Shown here piece by piece: positions 26,080-39,497 of a stretch of DNA of 64,000 nt. The notes beneath the pieces were generated by a model that made no database searches, was not told where the DNA came from, and saw only the letters and a list, made by a program, of their open reading frames with translations. The position numbers were made by a program, and so were the translations under genes. Source of the stretch: Phoronis australis (Eukaryota; Animalia; Phoronida); the NCBI GenBank assembly GCA_002633005.1, contig NMRA01000896.1, positions 43,270 through 107,269 on the forward strand, written 5' to 3'. The stretch's first letter is position 1, and every line of letters begins with the position of its first letter.

Positions 26080-29000
26080 GTGGTTTTTTGTTGACCCCAG
26101 ACCCCGTCCGGACTTGTGCCATATACCAACTCCGGACGGTCTCTCACGACGATTTAGCGTTATGGGTCAGATCCGCCTCCCGCTAAAAAGCAATACTTCG
26201 CGAGATTAGGTCCTACGTGAGATATTGCCGTGTATTTTTTATGAGAACACGTGATTTTGGCTAGATTTAGGGGGAGGGGGTGTTGTGGCGAGTATGGGTA
26301 GAGTTTTAGACTGCTGTGGTCATTGCATGGGTGTGTTCTGAAATTTGCAGGGTGTTGTGAAGTTTGTAGGGTGTTTGTTGAGGTGTTTGTGGGATGTTTG
26401 TGGGATGTTGTGGCCCTCATTTACACGGTTTTATTGACATTTATCGGAGGCATAGACTCCTATAGAATTATGACATCGGAACGAGGGGAATCGAAATGAG
26501 GAATGTAGAGACAGGGAAACGAAAACAAAAAAATAATTGCAGGTGGTTTGGTACCCGTTGTACCAGACATGCGCAAGCCGCTCGGATGGGCCCATTGCCC
26601 TGATCACCTGGAACCATTTGTAAGGCTTTATTAATGTTAAAAACCGAGCTCAGGAGTTAGAGACCTGACTCCAGGTCTAGCAGTGTGCCCCAGTGGGACT
26701 CGAACCAACGACTTTGAGTAAAGGAAGTGGACACCTGTCACACTAGCTCGCATTGCCTCCTCTAAACAAAAAGAAAAGTAATGAACATATTGGTTTGGAT
26801 CATTGATTTTGACTTCCTGAACGTCCAAGTTTAAAAATTTTAACGCGCGTGAAAAGTTAATTTGTGAAATTAAACAGATATTAACAGACCAAAAACACCC
26901 AGTTTCCAAAAGGGACGTTTCCTTACGAGCTTGAGTTCAAAATTCTTGCCACGCAAAATGGACGGCACCGACAATGGACCAATTTTACCGTCTTTGCGGC
27001 AATAGGATAGGCCCAGTAAAGGGATCTGGAGTTGTTTATAATTCTGTTGAAAACAGTTGAATCTTACTGAATATTAAGGTAAAGATAGGTCTCACTAAAT
27101 TTCACATTAAAATATGGATGAGAATAATTTACATTACAGTTCTAAACTCGAAACCAGAAGAAACGCATTGTTAGCTATTAAATTATGTGACTCAGTGACA
27201 GCACTCATTTTATTCTATGGAACAGAAATATTGGATACTAGCCATAGAAAAGAAATTAGCAGCCGTCTTGAATTTTTAAAACCGATGCATTATAAGATAA
27301 ACCATGAGCAGTGACTTATTTGTGGATCGATTACGAAGGGCTAGTCACAGTCTGGCGTAGGCTTGCTTAGACATTGGGGAACAAAACACCAAATGTTAGC
27401 CTTGTCTTATGTTCTTCAAAACGAAAGAAATGGTCCGATCGCCTTATTTAGTGACAACTCTTCAGTCATTTTCCCTTGATGTTCAATTATTGTTGGAAGA
27501 CGCCACAGCACACTAAGAGCCACCGCGGATGAATAGTCAGGAGCTGATCAAGCTGTGAGCCTCAAGTGAAATGTTCCCCTCATACAGCGAGGCAAAATGC
27601 TCACTGACCTGTAAGCTGCACTGAGGGGGTAACATCTCGCGAGACAAAATCCACCAGGTTAATGAACGTGAACTATTCACTGACATCATTGTCAAATGAA
27701 GCATGTGGCCCAAACAGTTGCCTAACTTTCGGCCTCCATTATAATTAGAATCTGGTGAACAACAGTATCTGGTTGTTTGGTCAATCAAGGATGAAGTCAA
27801 CCGATGTATTTAAACCGAACATTTGAACATGAAAACCATGCTTTTGCAGACGATAAATGCGGTTTGTTATAACCATGCCCACTTGAAGTGCTTACAATGT
27901 CACTCGAGCAGATCGCTGTGTTTTGGTTTACAGATCTTACTGTGCTTCTATATTCTTATCTCCTAAAATCTCTTGACCCAAACAGAGTTCTGTGCATCCA
28001 TTGAGGACCAACGGAATTAATATTTGTGTTTCAAAAATGAGAGAAATAAGAGACAACTGAGTTCGATAAAATGTTGAAATTCGCTTAGCGTGGTGATAAA
28101 AAATCTGACTAAATGGCCTCATTTGCAAGTTTTTCGTCCGGCTGTGAATGGAGACTGGAAGAGGGACAAGTGCTGATTTACTTCGTTAGCCAACTCTAAA
28201 GTGTATTACCTTTCTCACGGATCCGCTGAGTTTTACTCCATATGCGGTGTCAGACGAAAAACCATATCGGCAATCAAAAACAATGCAAGCGAAATTTTTA
28301 ATTTTGATAACTGGGCTTCGTTTCTTCTGCTCATCGTTTTTGATTTTTCGCTTTGACAACTATTTTGGATGGGATTCTAGAAATATCGTCAATTTCTCAG
28401 CATGTTTTTTTGCAGTTTTAAGTGAACAAGCCTCGTCCCAAGCCACAAGATGACGCATACCGGTTAGCCAACGGCTAAGCCGATCTGCGCCATCTTGAGG
28501 CTGAGCTGATTCGTGGACCTCGCTGGTTCCCTGCGTGCCGCTAGGTGGGGCGGTAGCCGCGCCAGCACTAAGATATCACTTAATTTTCCTCGGGAATTTT
28601 TTTACACCAAATTCTCAACAGGCATTGCTTTACGCAAACAAACTGGCATAACTGATGGACTGAAGTGTAAATGTGGTCTGTTATACAGACAAATCGGTGC
28701 TTAAAATTTATGTTCAGGAAATATGAAACCTAGAAATTGTGTTTGCGCCTCTTCGGGAATGCATCTTTCTACTGTCCTGTATTCATACAGTATGAATAAC
28801 ACACCGGTTAAATCGGCCAGATATGTGTTTATGGTACATGTATGTGCTTCAAGAACGCGGCTATTAAACATCACGAAATAGTTGTTGCGACGCCACTTGC
28901 ATGACAAGGCTAAAAATCGTTCACAGTCCGCCATTTTTTCACGGTGTTGTAAAACTAACCAATGACTGCCGAGGTTATATCGACCAATGCTAAAGCGCGT
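26080..29000 (+). repeat. Direct repeat of about 2.9 kb, copy 1, in intron 1 of paralogue B
   Basis: Highly similar to about 30460-33330. Confidence 0.9.
26548..26762 (-). mobile_element. tRNA-derived SINE
   Basis: Minus strand has an A-box-like start and B box GGTTCGAGTCC; homologous copies at 30917-31129 and 45803-46001. Confidence 0.75.
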
Positions 29001-30104
29001 GCCACTGCGTGATACCTGCGTGCTGGCTGGGCTCACAGGCGCTTGGGTTTATCGCAAATGACGTCACTCAATAATATATATAAGAAAACATAAAGGTTGG
29101 ACACTTAAACTTTGCAAAGCCGAGGCTCCCAACTTCAACCGTCCAAAATCCAAATAAAATCTGCGTGCACCTCCCTCAGTCTGGTGTTGCATAAACCTTC
29201 GAAGCCTTATCTTTCCTAGATCCCATTAACTGTCTTCGTGAGTGGTGAATTGGCGATGGAATTTCCAAAACAATCTCAAAACTCTGAATTCAAGGACCTG
29301 AAATAGTAAACATGGCGGATTTCTGTTGTGCTTCAACTTGTACNNNNNNNNNNNNNNNNNNNNNNNNNNNNNNNNNNNNNNNNNNNNNNNNNNNNNNNNN
29401 NNNNNNNNNNNNNNNNNNNNNNNNNNNNNNNNNNNNNNNNNNNNNNNNNNNNNNNNNNNNNNNNNNNNNNNNNNNNNNNNNNNNNNNNNNNNNNNNNNNN
29501 NNNNNNNNNNNNNNNNNNNNNNNNNNNNNNNNNNNTGACAAGCACACGCACGCTTACTCTCACACACACGCATACAAACTTCAAAACAAACGTCACGTGA
29601 CAACAACATGTGTTCCCACAGAGATTTTTCTCGGGTTGCGTGCTACAATCTAGCGTAGATTTGGACTTAATCTGCAGTTAATCCAGACTTCACAAGAACT
29701 TAAAAATCTTAGAGACGCTATTTGGAAAACTTGAGGAGGATTTCAGGTAATTTGTTGAGTCAAAGCTGTATTCTTATTTAAGAATTCAAGCCCTATCGAC
29801 GATTGCGAGACCAGCAGCTACGCATTTGTCGGCAAGATTTCGCCCTGGAACTTCAACAAAACTTTATGAAAAATGATCGTAATTTAACAACGAATTTTGA
29901 TAGCAATGTACCACAATTTTGTAGAAAGTAAATAATAATAATCTGCACGCTTTATCTTAGCGCGTAATGCATATAGTCGACCCAGAACAGGTGATTGTGC
30001 AGAGGCATTATCCTCAAAATTGCTCATGTTGGCTTGGCTCTGGTCAGGCGAAAATAAGTTTTTTTTCACTACCAACCGCCGTGGAGTATTTGTTACTGTT
30101 TCTT

Positions 30105-30350
30105 TGAAGGGAGATATTGTTGGGCAGTTTCTAAGATACGTTTTCTTGCCGCCCTCAAAATGAGCACTGCACACGTTATGCTACGAAGTCGGAAAGAATT
30201 CACGAAGTCGGCCTTTGCTACCAGCTCTACCGATGTCTCTGACCCATGTTTAACGCAGTTCTTGATCCTTGGGAAACAGGTAGTAACTAAATTTTTTATT
30301 TCGCTAACTGGTATTATAGTATGCCAGGCATACAACACGTATAACCTCCC
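30105..30350 (-). pseudogene. Disrupted THAP domain (transposon-derived)
   Basis: GGYTCCMPG, frameshift, then YNTS*RNKKFSYYLFPKDQELR*TWVRDIGR...HNVCSAHFEGGKKTYLRNCPTI. Confidence 0.8.
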
Positions 30351-30916
30351 TGTGGCCGGTTCGCCCCCACGCTTGCCGACGTACTTGTTTACCGGCTTAA
30401 CCACAATGCAACATTCTGACCCATTTCCAATATGGCGGCGTTGCAACTCCGCTATTGAACTGTGGTTTCTAAAGTTTTGTTGACCCCATACCGTCCGGAC
30501 TTGCGCCATATACCAATTCCGGACGGTTTCTCACGACGATTTAGCGTTATGGGTCAGTTCCGCCTCCCGCTAAAAAGCAAGACTTCGCGAGATTAGGCCC
30601 TACGTGAGATATTGCCGTGTATTTTTTATGAGAACACGTGATTTTGGCTAGATTTAGGGGAAGGGGGTGTTGTGGCGAGTATGGGTATAGAGTTTTAGAC
30701 TGCTGTGGTCATTGTGGGTGTGTTCTGAAATTTGCAGGGTGTTGTGAAGTTTGTTGGGTGTTTGTTGTGGTGTTTGTGGGATGTTGTGGCACCTACACGC
30801 TTTTATTGACATCGGAGGCATAGACCCCTATAGAATTATGACATCGGAACGAGGGGAATCGAAACGAGGAATGTAGAGACAGGGAAAAGAAAACAAAAAA
30901 TATTTGCAGGTGGTTT

Positions 30917-31129
30917 GGTACACGTTGTACCAGACATGCGCAAGCCGCTCGGATGGGCCCATTGCCCTGATCACCTGGAACCATTTTTAATGCTTTGTTA
31001 ATGATAAAAACCGAACTGAGGAGCTAGAGACCTGACTCCAGGTCTAGCAGTGTGCCCCAGTGGGACTTGAACCAGCGACTTTGAGTAAAGGAAGTGGACA
31101 CCTGTCACACTAGCTCGCATTGCCTCCTC
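30917..31129 (-). mobile_element. tRNA-derived SINE (copy within the intronic duplication)
   Basis: B box GGTTCAAGTCC; near-identical to 26548-26762. Confidence 0.75.
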
Positions 31130-32649
31130 TAAACAAAAAGAAAAGTAATGAACATATTGGTTTGGATCAGTGATTTTGACTTCCTGAACGTCCAAGTTTA
31201 AAATTTTTAACGCGCGTGAAAAGTTAATTTGTGAAATTAAACAGATATTAACAGACCAAAAACACCCAGTTTCCAAAAGGGACGTTTCCTTACGACCTTG
31301 AGTTCAAAATTCATGGCACGCAAAATGGACGGCACCGACAATGGACCAATTTTACCGTCTTTGCGGCAATAGGATAGGCCCAGTAAAGGGATGTGGAGGT
31401 TGTTTATAATTCTGTTGAAAACAGTTGAATCTTACTGAATATTAAGATAAAGATAGGTCTCACTAAATTTCACATTAAAATATCGATGAGAATAATTTAT
31501 ATTACAGTTCTAAACTCGAAACCAGAAGAAACGCATTGTTAGCTATTAAATTATGTGACTCGGTGATAGCACTCATTTTATTCTATGGAAGAGAAATATT
31601 GGATACTAGCCATAGAAAAGAAATTAGTAGCCGTCTTGAAATTTTAAAATCGATGCATTATAAGAGAAATTAGAGAATAGGTCTTCAGCATCGCGGATAA
31701 ACCATGAGCAGTGACTTATTTGTGGATCGATTACGAAGGGCTAGTCACAGTGTGGCGTAGGCTTGCTTAGACATTAGGGAACAAAACCCCAAATGTTAGC
31801 CTTGTCTCATGTTCTTCAAAACGAAAGAAATGGTTCGATCGCCTTATTTAGTGACAACTCTTCACTCATTTTCCCTTGATGTTGAATTATTGTTGGAAGA
31901 CGCCACAGCACACTAAGAGCCACCGCGGATGAAAAGACAGGAGCTGATCAAGCTGTGAGCCTCAAGTGAAATGTTCCCCTCATACAGCGAGGCAAAATGC
32001 TCACTGACCTGTAAGCTGCACTGAGGGGGTAACACCTCGCGAGACAAATTCCACAAGGTTCATGAACGTGAACTATTCACTGAGATCATTGTCAAATGAA
32101 GCCTGTGGCCCAAACAGTTGCCTAACTCCCGGCCTCCATTATAATTAGAATCTGGTGAACAACAGTATCTGGTTGTTTGGTCAATCAAGGATGAAGTCAA
32201 CCGATGTATTTAAACCGAACATTTGAACACGAAAACCATGCTTTTGCAGACGATAAATGCGGTTTGTTATAACCATGCCCACTTGAAGTGCTTACAATGT
32301 CACTCGAGCAGATCGCTGTGTTTTGGTTACAGATCTTACTGTGCTTCTATATTCTTATCTCCTGAAATCTCTTGACTCAAAAAGAGTACTGTGCATCCAT
32401 TGAGGACCAACCGAATTAATATTTATGTTTCAAAAATGAGAGAAATAAGAGACACTGAGTTCGATAAAATGTTGAAATTCGCTTAGCATGGTGATAAAAA
32501 ATCTTCATTTCTTCTGCTCATCTTTTTGATTTTTCTCTTTGATAAACTATTTTGGATGGGACTCGAGAAATATCGTCAATTTCTCAGCATGTTTTTTGCA
32601 GTTTTAAGTGAACAAGCCTCGTCCCAAGCCACAAGATGACGCATACCGG

Positions 32650-32800
32650 GCGTGCGTTCAGTAGACGCTAGGACCTACGCTAGGACCTAGCTAAAACCTA
32701 GTCAAAGTCACGTGTTCTCATTTAAAATACACGGCAATATCTCACGTAATCTCGCGATGTCTTGCTTTTTAGCAAGGTCCTAGCGCTACTGAACGGGAGG
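32650..32800. mobile_element. 151-bp MITE flanked by CGG, nested in a short AGCCTCGTCCC...GGGACGAGGCT element (32615-32823)
   Basis: Inverted ends cgttcagtag / ctactgaacg; absent at the equivalent site (about 28460) of repeat copy 1. Confidence 0.65.
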
Positions 32801-34155
32801 CGGTTTAGCGTGGGGACGAGGCTGAGCTGATTCGTGGACCTCACTGGTTCCCTGCGTGCCGCTAGGTGGGGCGGTAATTTTCCTCGGGAATTTTTTTACA
32901 CCGGCGTTTCTGATTGGCTAGCCGAATTCTCAACAGGCAGCGCTTTACGCAAACAAAATGGCATAACTGATGGACTGAAGTGTAAATGTGGTCTTTTGTA
33001 CAATTTTATGTTCAGGAAATGTGAAACCTAGAAATTGTGTTCGCGCCTTTTCGGAATGCATCTTTCTACTGTCGATGACTTTCCTTTACGATAGTGTCCT
33101 GTATTCATACAGTATGAATAACACACCGGTTAAATCGGCCAGATATGTGTTTATTGTACTTGAATGTGCTTCAAGAACGCGGCTATTAAACATCACTGCA
33201 GAAACGAAATAGTTGCTGCAACGCCACTTGCATGACAAGGCTAAAAATCACTCACAGTCCGCCATTTTTTCACGGTGTTGTAAAGCTAACCAATGACTGC
33301 CGAGGTTACATCAACCAATGCTAAAGCGCGCGCTTCACTGACGTCCCCTTACACAGTGCAAAGGTCATCCCATTTGTAAACATGGAACAAGCCAGACATG
33401 ACGACAGTCGCCGGGCGAACGCTAGTAAAGCAATATCATGAAAGATGGATTAAATCGATCTTAACATTTAAAACTGTTAATAAAATGTGAAAAAGTGCAT
33501 TTAGTGTTCAGAAAATGGCGAGTCACTCACAGGGTTCATACTCAAATAAGTCGTACTCGTGTCTCCATGTCTGTATCTCGTGTTTGGCAGTCAGTGATTG
33601 TGAGTTCCGATATAGTTTTGTTGTGTGCGTAAGCCGTGTTTCGTGAGCACGGCACGGTATTTTTGGCGGTCAGTAAACTGGTCTTGACGGGTGGAAAGCA
33701 GTGTTGTCGAGTCAAAGAATTTAAAGGACCATTATTGTGACTGGGAAAGGAGATGCCAATTCATGCTAATTTATTTTTCATAAGTTGAGCGACTTATAAT
33801 TACCGTGCCCGACTTATCATTCGGGCGCTCAATTTATAAGTCGGGCACCTTTTCTATGACCGCACCTTTATTTTTGCATCAAAAACACATGGTCAGATGA
33901 CCGGTCGATCAAGATAAAATCATATTTCAAATTCTGCAGGGTTTCTAGTAATTTCCCATGATAGGGAGGTTTAAATAACCAAAATCTGTTGTTTTGTAGA
34001 TAGTTTGTCAAAAGCACAACGTAAAGTCCCACATAACACGAGCACCAAATGTAAATGAAGTGCACCGTTATATCTGCGAAGTGTAGCCAATGCCATACAG
34101 ATAAAAATGGTGCGTAGCGTGGCGCAATAAACGGCAGTTGTCTCTCCATTTTCAG

Positions 34156-34269
34156 ATGCTCTCACATGCTACTCTTGTTCTAACTGTGGTTCCAGTGTTG
34201 GAACGGTGGTCAAGTGCTCGTCCATCCTAGGGACTGCTGGCTGTATGAAGTCCTTCTATGAAGCTGGCG
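34156..34269 (+). CDS. Ly6/uPAR three-finger protein, paralogue B, exon 2 ((N)ALTCYSCSNCGSSVGTVVKCSSILGTAGCMKSFYEAG(G))
   Basis: Acceptor cattttcag, donor G|GTAAGT, 114 nt as in paralogue A. Confidence 0.92.
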
Positions 34270-36170
34270 GTAAGTCAACAGTGCAACTGCACGTTACTTT
34301 TCATTCAACAGATTTGGAGTAGTTCAGGCCGGCCGCATAGTGTTAGCCGTCTGCAATAAGTTTTACGAACAGCTTGTATTTCTCACCCGACCCGTGCACA
34401 TTATCCAACGTGGTGTACAGAAAAAATAAAAATACTATTCACAGATCTGTATCGAACTTTAAGAATGTGAAGACGAGTATTTTTGTAAACATTTTCTACT
34501 TTCTGGTAAATCCGTACCGTGACAAATTCCGATATCTTTTAAAAGTGAACATCGCATTTATCAGAATGCATTTTTTGGTCAAGTTGGTATAAATTATTCA
34601 CTATAAAAGTTAGGCCTACTTCTATTCTTTGTGAGTTTATTTCTACTCAAAAAGAAACTACCAAGTCCATAAATTTGACGCAGTGAAGAAGTTTGGTCCG
34701 AATAAGCTATGTTCTATTGCGTCTTCTCCATTTTAATAAGAACACAGTGGCCGGGACAAATGTAAGTGTTTGTCACATTTTCCTTCTTACGTTGTATGTA
34801 TTCGCGCATTATAAGTGTACCTTTCAACTTGAGGTGAATTCGGTGAAATCCGTAAGCCTGGTGTTTGAACTGACTGAAACATTATGGTCACTCAGTAAGC
34901 CAACCGTATAACTTTATCTAGCCTAAGGACACGCTGCATGAATAAAATACAAACTGGCAGGAATTTATACTTGTTAGCGAGGTTCGACACCGTTTGCCAA
35001 AACCCGTAAAGCAGTCGTTGTTTTACGACATTAAAAATTTGTATAACATTTGAACATTATTTCTATTTCAAATAACCGATTATTGTTTTGCTATTATAGG
35101 ATAAAATAATGGCGAGCGACATCAAATTTCGCAGTTATTTCATACTGAACAGTTACTGGACAGGATTGTAAACATTGGGTGTGACATAATTCAAACAGCA
35201 GTTTTCAATTTAAAAAAGAAGAAACTTCTCATCTTTGGTTATTTCTCTCAACAAACGTATTTCACAATCCCAACCACACACCGTAATCATCGGAAAAAAA
35301 CTTGAATTGCGCACTCTTGACTTACATGAGAGCTGAAATGGTTAGGTGAAACCTTATTTTTATTTCATAAAAAATACAATGGGCATCAAAATAAAATATC
35401 AAAAACGGTGTAGCGTTTTGCGTCGAAGCCAAAACACTAAAATTGGAGGAGCTCAAAATCTAGAACAAACCCTCACTTAACGCTGACGTACGAAAATCCG
35501 CAAACCGGAAAACCCAAACGAAGCAATTAAACCAGTACATTAAATTGAGATTGTGCAACGGAATTAATCCGTTTTCAAAATGATTTTAATCATTAATTAG
35601 AGGTGGCTTTTGAGTAACACATAAATTTCATAGAGGTGTGTTTGGGCGACTTTAACGGAAAAATTATTTAGTGACAACCGCGGACCACATTTTTCAGACT
35701 AGTTGAAATCAAAGACGAAAATAATAAAAAATGATCTCTCACTATATGACGACGGATATGTTAAGGCATAATTTTGCCATCTTTTAATTGCTTTCAACGT
35801 TGTGAATACGTTCATGATAACATGAAAATCGTAACGTTTCTTCCTTTTTACCGGGATATTTTAAACCACTATTCGTCAGTTGATATCTTGACATTTTATA
35901 ACAAAACTAGGAACTCAAAAAGTGCATATCGAACCACACTGAACACCAGAAATAACCTACAAGGCTTATTTTAAACCTTGATCTATTCGAGTTCTCTATT
36001 CCTTGCCGTGAGTCACTTAGCGCAGTCTGCCAACTTCGATCATTCCTGTAATACTAGATAGAAAACCTAAACTTCATGGTTTGGTAAAAATCCACTACTA
36101 CCAGTGATTTTTCTCTTACAGGACTGTGTCATTGTATTGAAAAGTTCAAAGGGAATTTTTTATTCTATAG

Positions 36171-36361
36171 GAACTAAAGTTGTGTCACGCGGCTGTGCTC
36201 CCGTCAAGCTGTGGGACAATTGCAAGGGAGCTGGCGTTAGCGGCTTCAGCGGTACAGTTTGTTATTGTACCGGTGACAACTGCAACCCAGCTACGTCGCC
36301 AATGGCAACTTGGAGCGCCATTTTGTTAGCGGCCCTTTTCGCAGTGTACAACGCCATGTAA
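36171..36361 (+). CDS. Ly6/uPAR three-finger protein, paralogue B, exon 3
   Basis: Acceptor ttattctatag, 191 nt; all Cys and the GPI tail are conserved. Confidence 0.92.
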
Positions 36362-38057
36362 ACTACTAACGAACAACAGTTTTGTGAGCTCATCTAGTGT
36401 TTTTTGTCATGTTATAGTTCTGCCCTTTGAAATTTGGAATGTGTGATCTATTAAATTCTTCAAAATATTTGTGGTTTATATTGTTTTTTATCTGTGCCAT
36501 TAAATGTTATAACTGATGACATGAGATGTCAAATTATATAATCGAAAACTAATGAGATAACCATCGAGGTTTTGACCACTTTTGTAGGTACCTGTTTTGT
36601 ACGTTTCTCTTTTTATTGAATAAAGGCTTTGCAACTCATATATTTAGTCTCACTGTAAACTGTAAAATAAGTCTTACACAATTCCAAATAATTAAGTTTC
36701 CCTCCTTACCAATGTTTTATAAAAAATTAGACATTCGTTAAACCGAAGTTTATGAAAATAACCACTGTTGTTTGTTTAATTCTCTACCTTATCATCTTAC
36801 TTGGTTTATAGAACTCTAGCCCTGGAATGCCAACGTCGATCTCACGGTGTAGAAGTTGCACTGCGCATGCGTGGAATTTGATTGCATTCGCGTGTTCCGA
36901 TGGAATTTACTGCTGCTAAAACTTTTCTCAACTCCGACGTTTTTCAACCAAACTGCATGAATTATATCATTAGAAAGCCCTTTATCAGTTCTTGGTGGTG
37001 TATGGTTATAACAGAAGAAAAAGAGGAATAATTTAATTCATAAATAATTATCATTTTCCATAACTAACAGGATTATAAATATTTTTTAGTTCTAAAAACT
37101 AAAAGTATTGCCAATTTGCGAAAAAAGCAGGGCGTAATAGTAGCATAAGATGGGAATGAACCAAAGAGGTTGTACAAGTAACGAGTTACAAAGAAACAAT
37201 TTCAATGATTCAAAAAATTTTACCCAACACAAAGACAATGATTTTAGAATATTTATCCTCCTACTTGGTGAAACAGTTTAGTCAGTTATTCATCGAAAAT
37301 TGTACATCTTAATATAGGATTGGACCTTTGGTGCCGTTTTACATTCCTCAGTCAAAATTCAGGATGCAGTGACATTCAAAAAATGATCAACTAATTACTC
37401 CATCTACCCCAAATTTGCTGATACAGGTTTTCTTAATCGATAAAAAAGGGCAAAAATCTATTACGCAACTTTGAAATTTACTGGGGATGGCTCACTACAT
37501 TGCTTGCAGTGTAGGATTCTCCATACAAGTTTAGAAATAAATTCATAGCTTCAGATACTGAAAATTAGTGAGAGACACTTGAACACATTTTACGATTGTT
37601 AAGTTACTAATTTAAGAAGACTCTGGAGAATAAGAACATTTATAACAAAGAAACAATGTTATTTTGAACACCTGTTGCACAGTTGTCACGGTCATCAGTT
37701 GAGAGTTAAAAAAGCGGGACAACTGGATTAAAAAGCGGGTCAACTGGATTAAAATGCGGGACCTCTTTATGTAAAGCGGGGCAGCTGGGTCTAAGCGAAA
37801 GGGTGAAAAAATTGTAACTGCAACACACAGAAACGTCCCGACAGTGTTTTTCGACGAGGTAACACCCAAAAATGTTCTATAGCTTTTGTACTTGTAGTCG
37901 AAGTTGCGGTGCTGTGAAACCCCATAAAACACCCCGTTTTTTCTTTTTAGTCGAACGGGAAATTATGGCTATGTCGCGTGCAACAGTAAAAGATCGGGAT
38001 CCCAGAAGGTTTTGGGCCAAATTTCATTGATACCAAAGTGATCCATGGGTATCTCAG

Positions 38058-38297
38058 CATGCGCGCACCCAGGGGGGGGGATCTCGAATGAGCCCCCCAT
38101 TTGGCGAAGTGGGCAAAAAGGTCCGCCCCTGAGAAACAAAAGGTCCTAGAAAATGAGACAAAAGTCCACTAAACAAGCACAAACGCGCAATTCACAGTGG
38201 AGCCCCCGTTTTTTTAGTCCGCCCGCCTTTTTGTTACCAAAAGGTCCACAACGTCAGGAATTCGAGCCCCCCATATTGAAGGCTGGGTGCGCGCATG
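38058..38297. mobile_element. 240-bp MITE with perfect 15-bp TIR CATGCGCGCACCCAG and 5-bp TSD CTCAG
   Basis: TSD at 38053-38057 and 38298-38302; empty site atctcagtgctagg near 13993 in unit A. Confidence 0.9.
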
Positions 38298-39497
38298 CTC
38301 AGTGCTAGGAAATAGCCATCTGGCAGGTTCGCTAAGTAGGTGTGGTCCGGAGCATGAGAATGGCACTCAAAAATTTAGCTAGATTAAGTTTTCTGGTAAT
38401 CACTTAAAAATACCTGCGACGCCTAATACTAAAGTCACTGTATCAAAATTATCGACTGCCAGACAATTTCAGTGATGGGGAACATCAGCTAGACGATTAT
38501 AACTGAGGCCAAAATTGAGCTAGGTCAACCCACCAGGTAACCGCGGTTAAAGCCAACTATATAAAATCCAGCACCACTCCACGCGGGCAGCAGTTATATG
38601 TAAGTGAATTTCACTGGTGGGGTGCCCCTGCCACATAAGGATAATGGGCCCTAATTTGGAGCTAGAACAGCACAAGAGGTAAGCGCGTAAAATCGGTTGC
38701 AAAATGCTCAAATCAAACCCATTTTGTCCAGTTGCAGAGCTCAAGAAGTTAACATCCACTGACTCTCACTCACAGCAAGTTCCCAGCTTCATTAACAATA
38801 GTTTACTCGCCAGTAATTCTCGGGCTAACAAACTTTATTGCTGTTCACATTTGCAAACGATAACTAAATTGCCCTGTTTCTTTGCACATACAAATAATAA
38901 ATAATGGCTGGCCTGCCCGAGTATCAGAAGTATCTAAAATCACAAGGCTGCGATGTACACGCATACTAGATCAACTGGATTGCTTCTAAATGTGACACAT
39001 CGTACTTATATATATTCTTATCATGAAACTATGTATTATACACCAACTCTTAGTAGTTTTCAATATCACCCGCTGTCTTCATCGTTCTGGCCCTTAATCG
39101 TAGATCGTCCCTGTTACAGCATCAATCTAGGACTTCGCCCTCAAGTGATATTTTTTCTAAAAACCATATAGTTCCTCATAATACGTTTAATAACGACAGA
39201 ATCATTCAATAACCTATATTGATATGGCACATTAAGAACAACACCCACTGGTCGCACATCAATGAGTCCCCGCTCATTCTCGATTTGAAAGCATTTACGC
39301 GAACCTCCCCCTAATCTCTTTTCCCTCTCAGTCATTGACAGTGACCTCTAATATCAGGGGTCTCCCATGATTCTGTCCGACGATGGTTTAAGTTTCAACT
39401 GAAACATTTTTTCTTGTATGTATTTATGTTAGCATACTTATTAAAGCGTTCATCGTCACCTTCCTGTGACTCATTAACAAAGATAAATAACTATTAA

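Larger units (their letters stand above)
30460..33330 (+). repeat. Direct repeat of about 2.9 kb, copy 2
   Basis: Highly similar to about 26080-29000, with several indels. Confidence 0.9.
22867..39076 (+). repeat. Segmental duplication unit B; boundaries approximate
   Basis: Starts ttcgcaggttaggttcggc as at 2859 and ends gtagttttcaatatcac as at about 14894. Confidence 0.9.

Noticed and set aside
26680-26762. Functional tRNA gene (also the 41940-42005 motif)
   Set aside because: No complete cloverleaf, and the 26.7 kb family shares a non-tRNA 3' body among copies, which indicates a SINE.
29226-29653. ORFs spanning the N run and microsatellite-derived ORFs (also 57734-58075 and 58552-58823)
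   Set aside because: They are artefacts of gaps or simple repeats.
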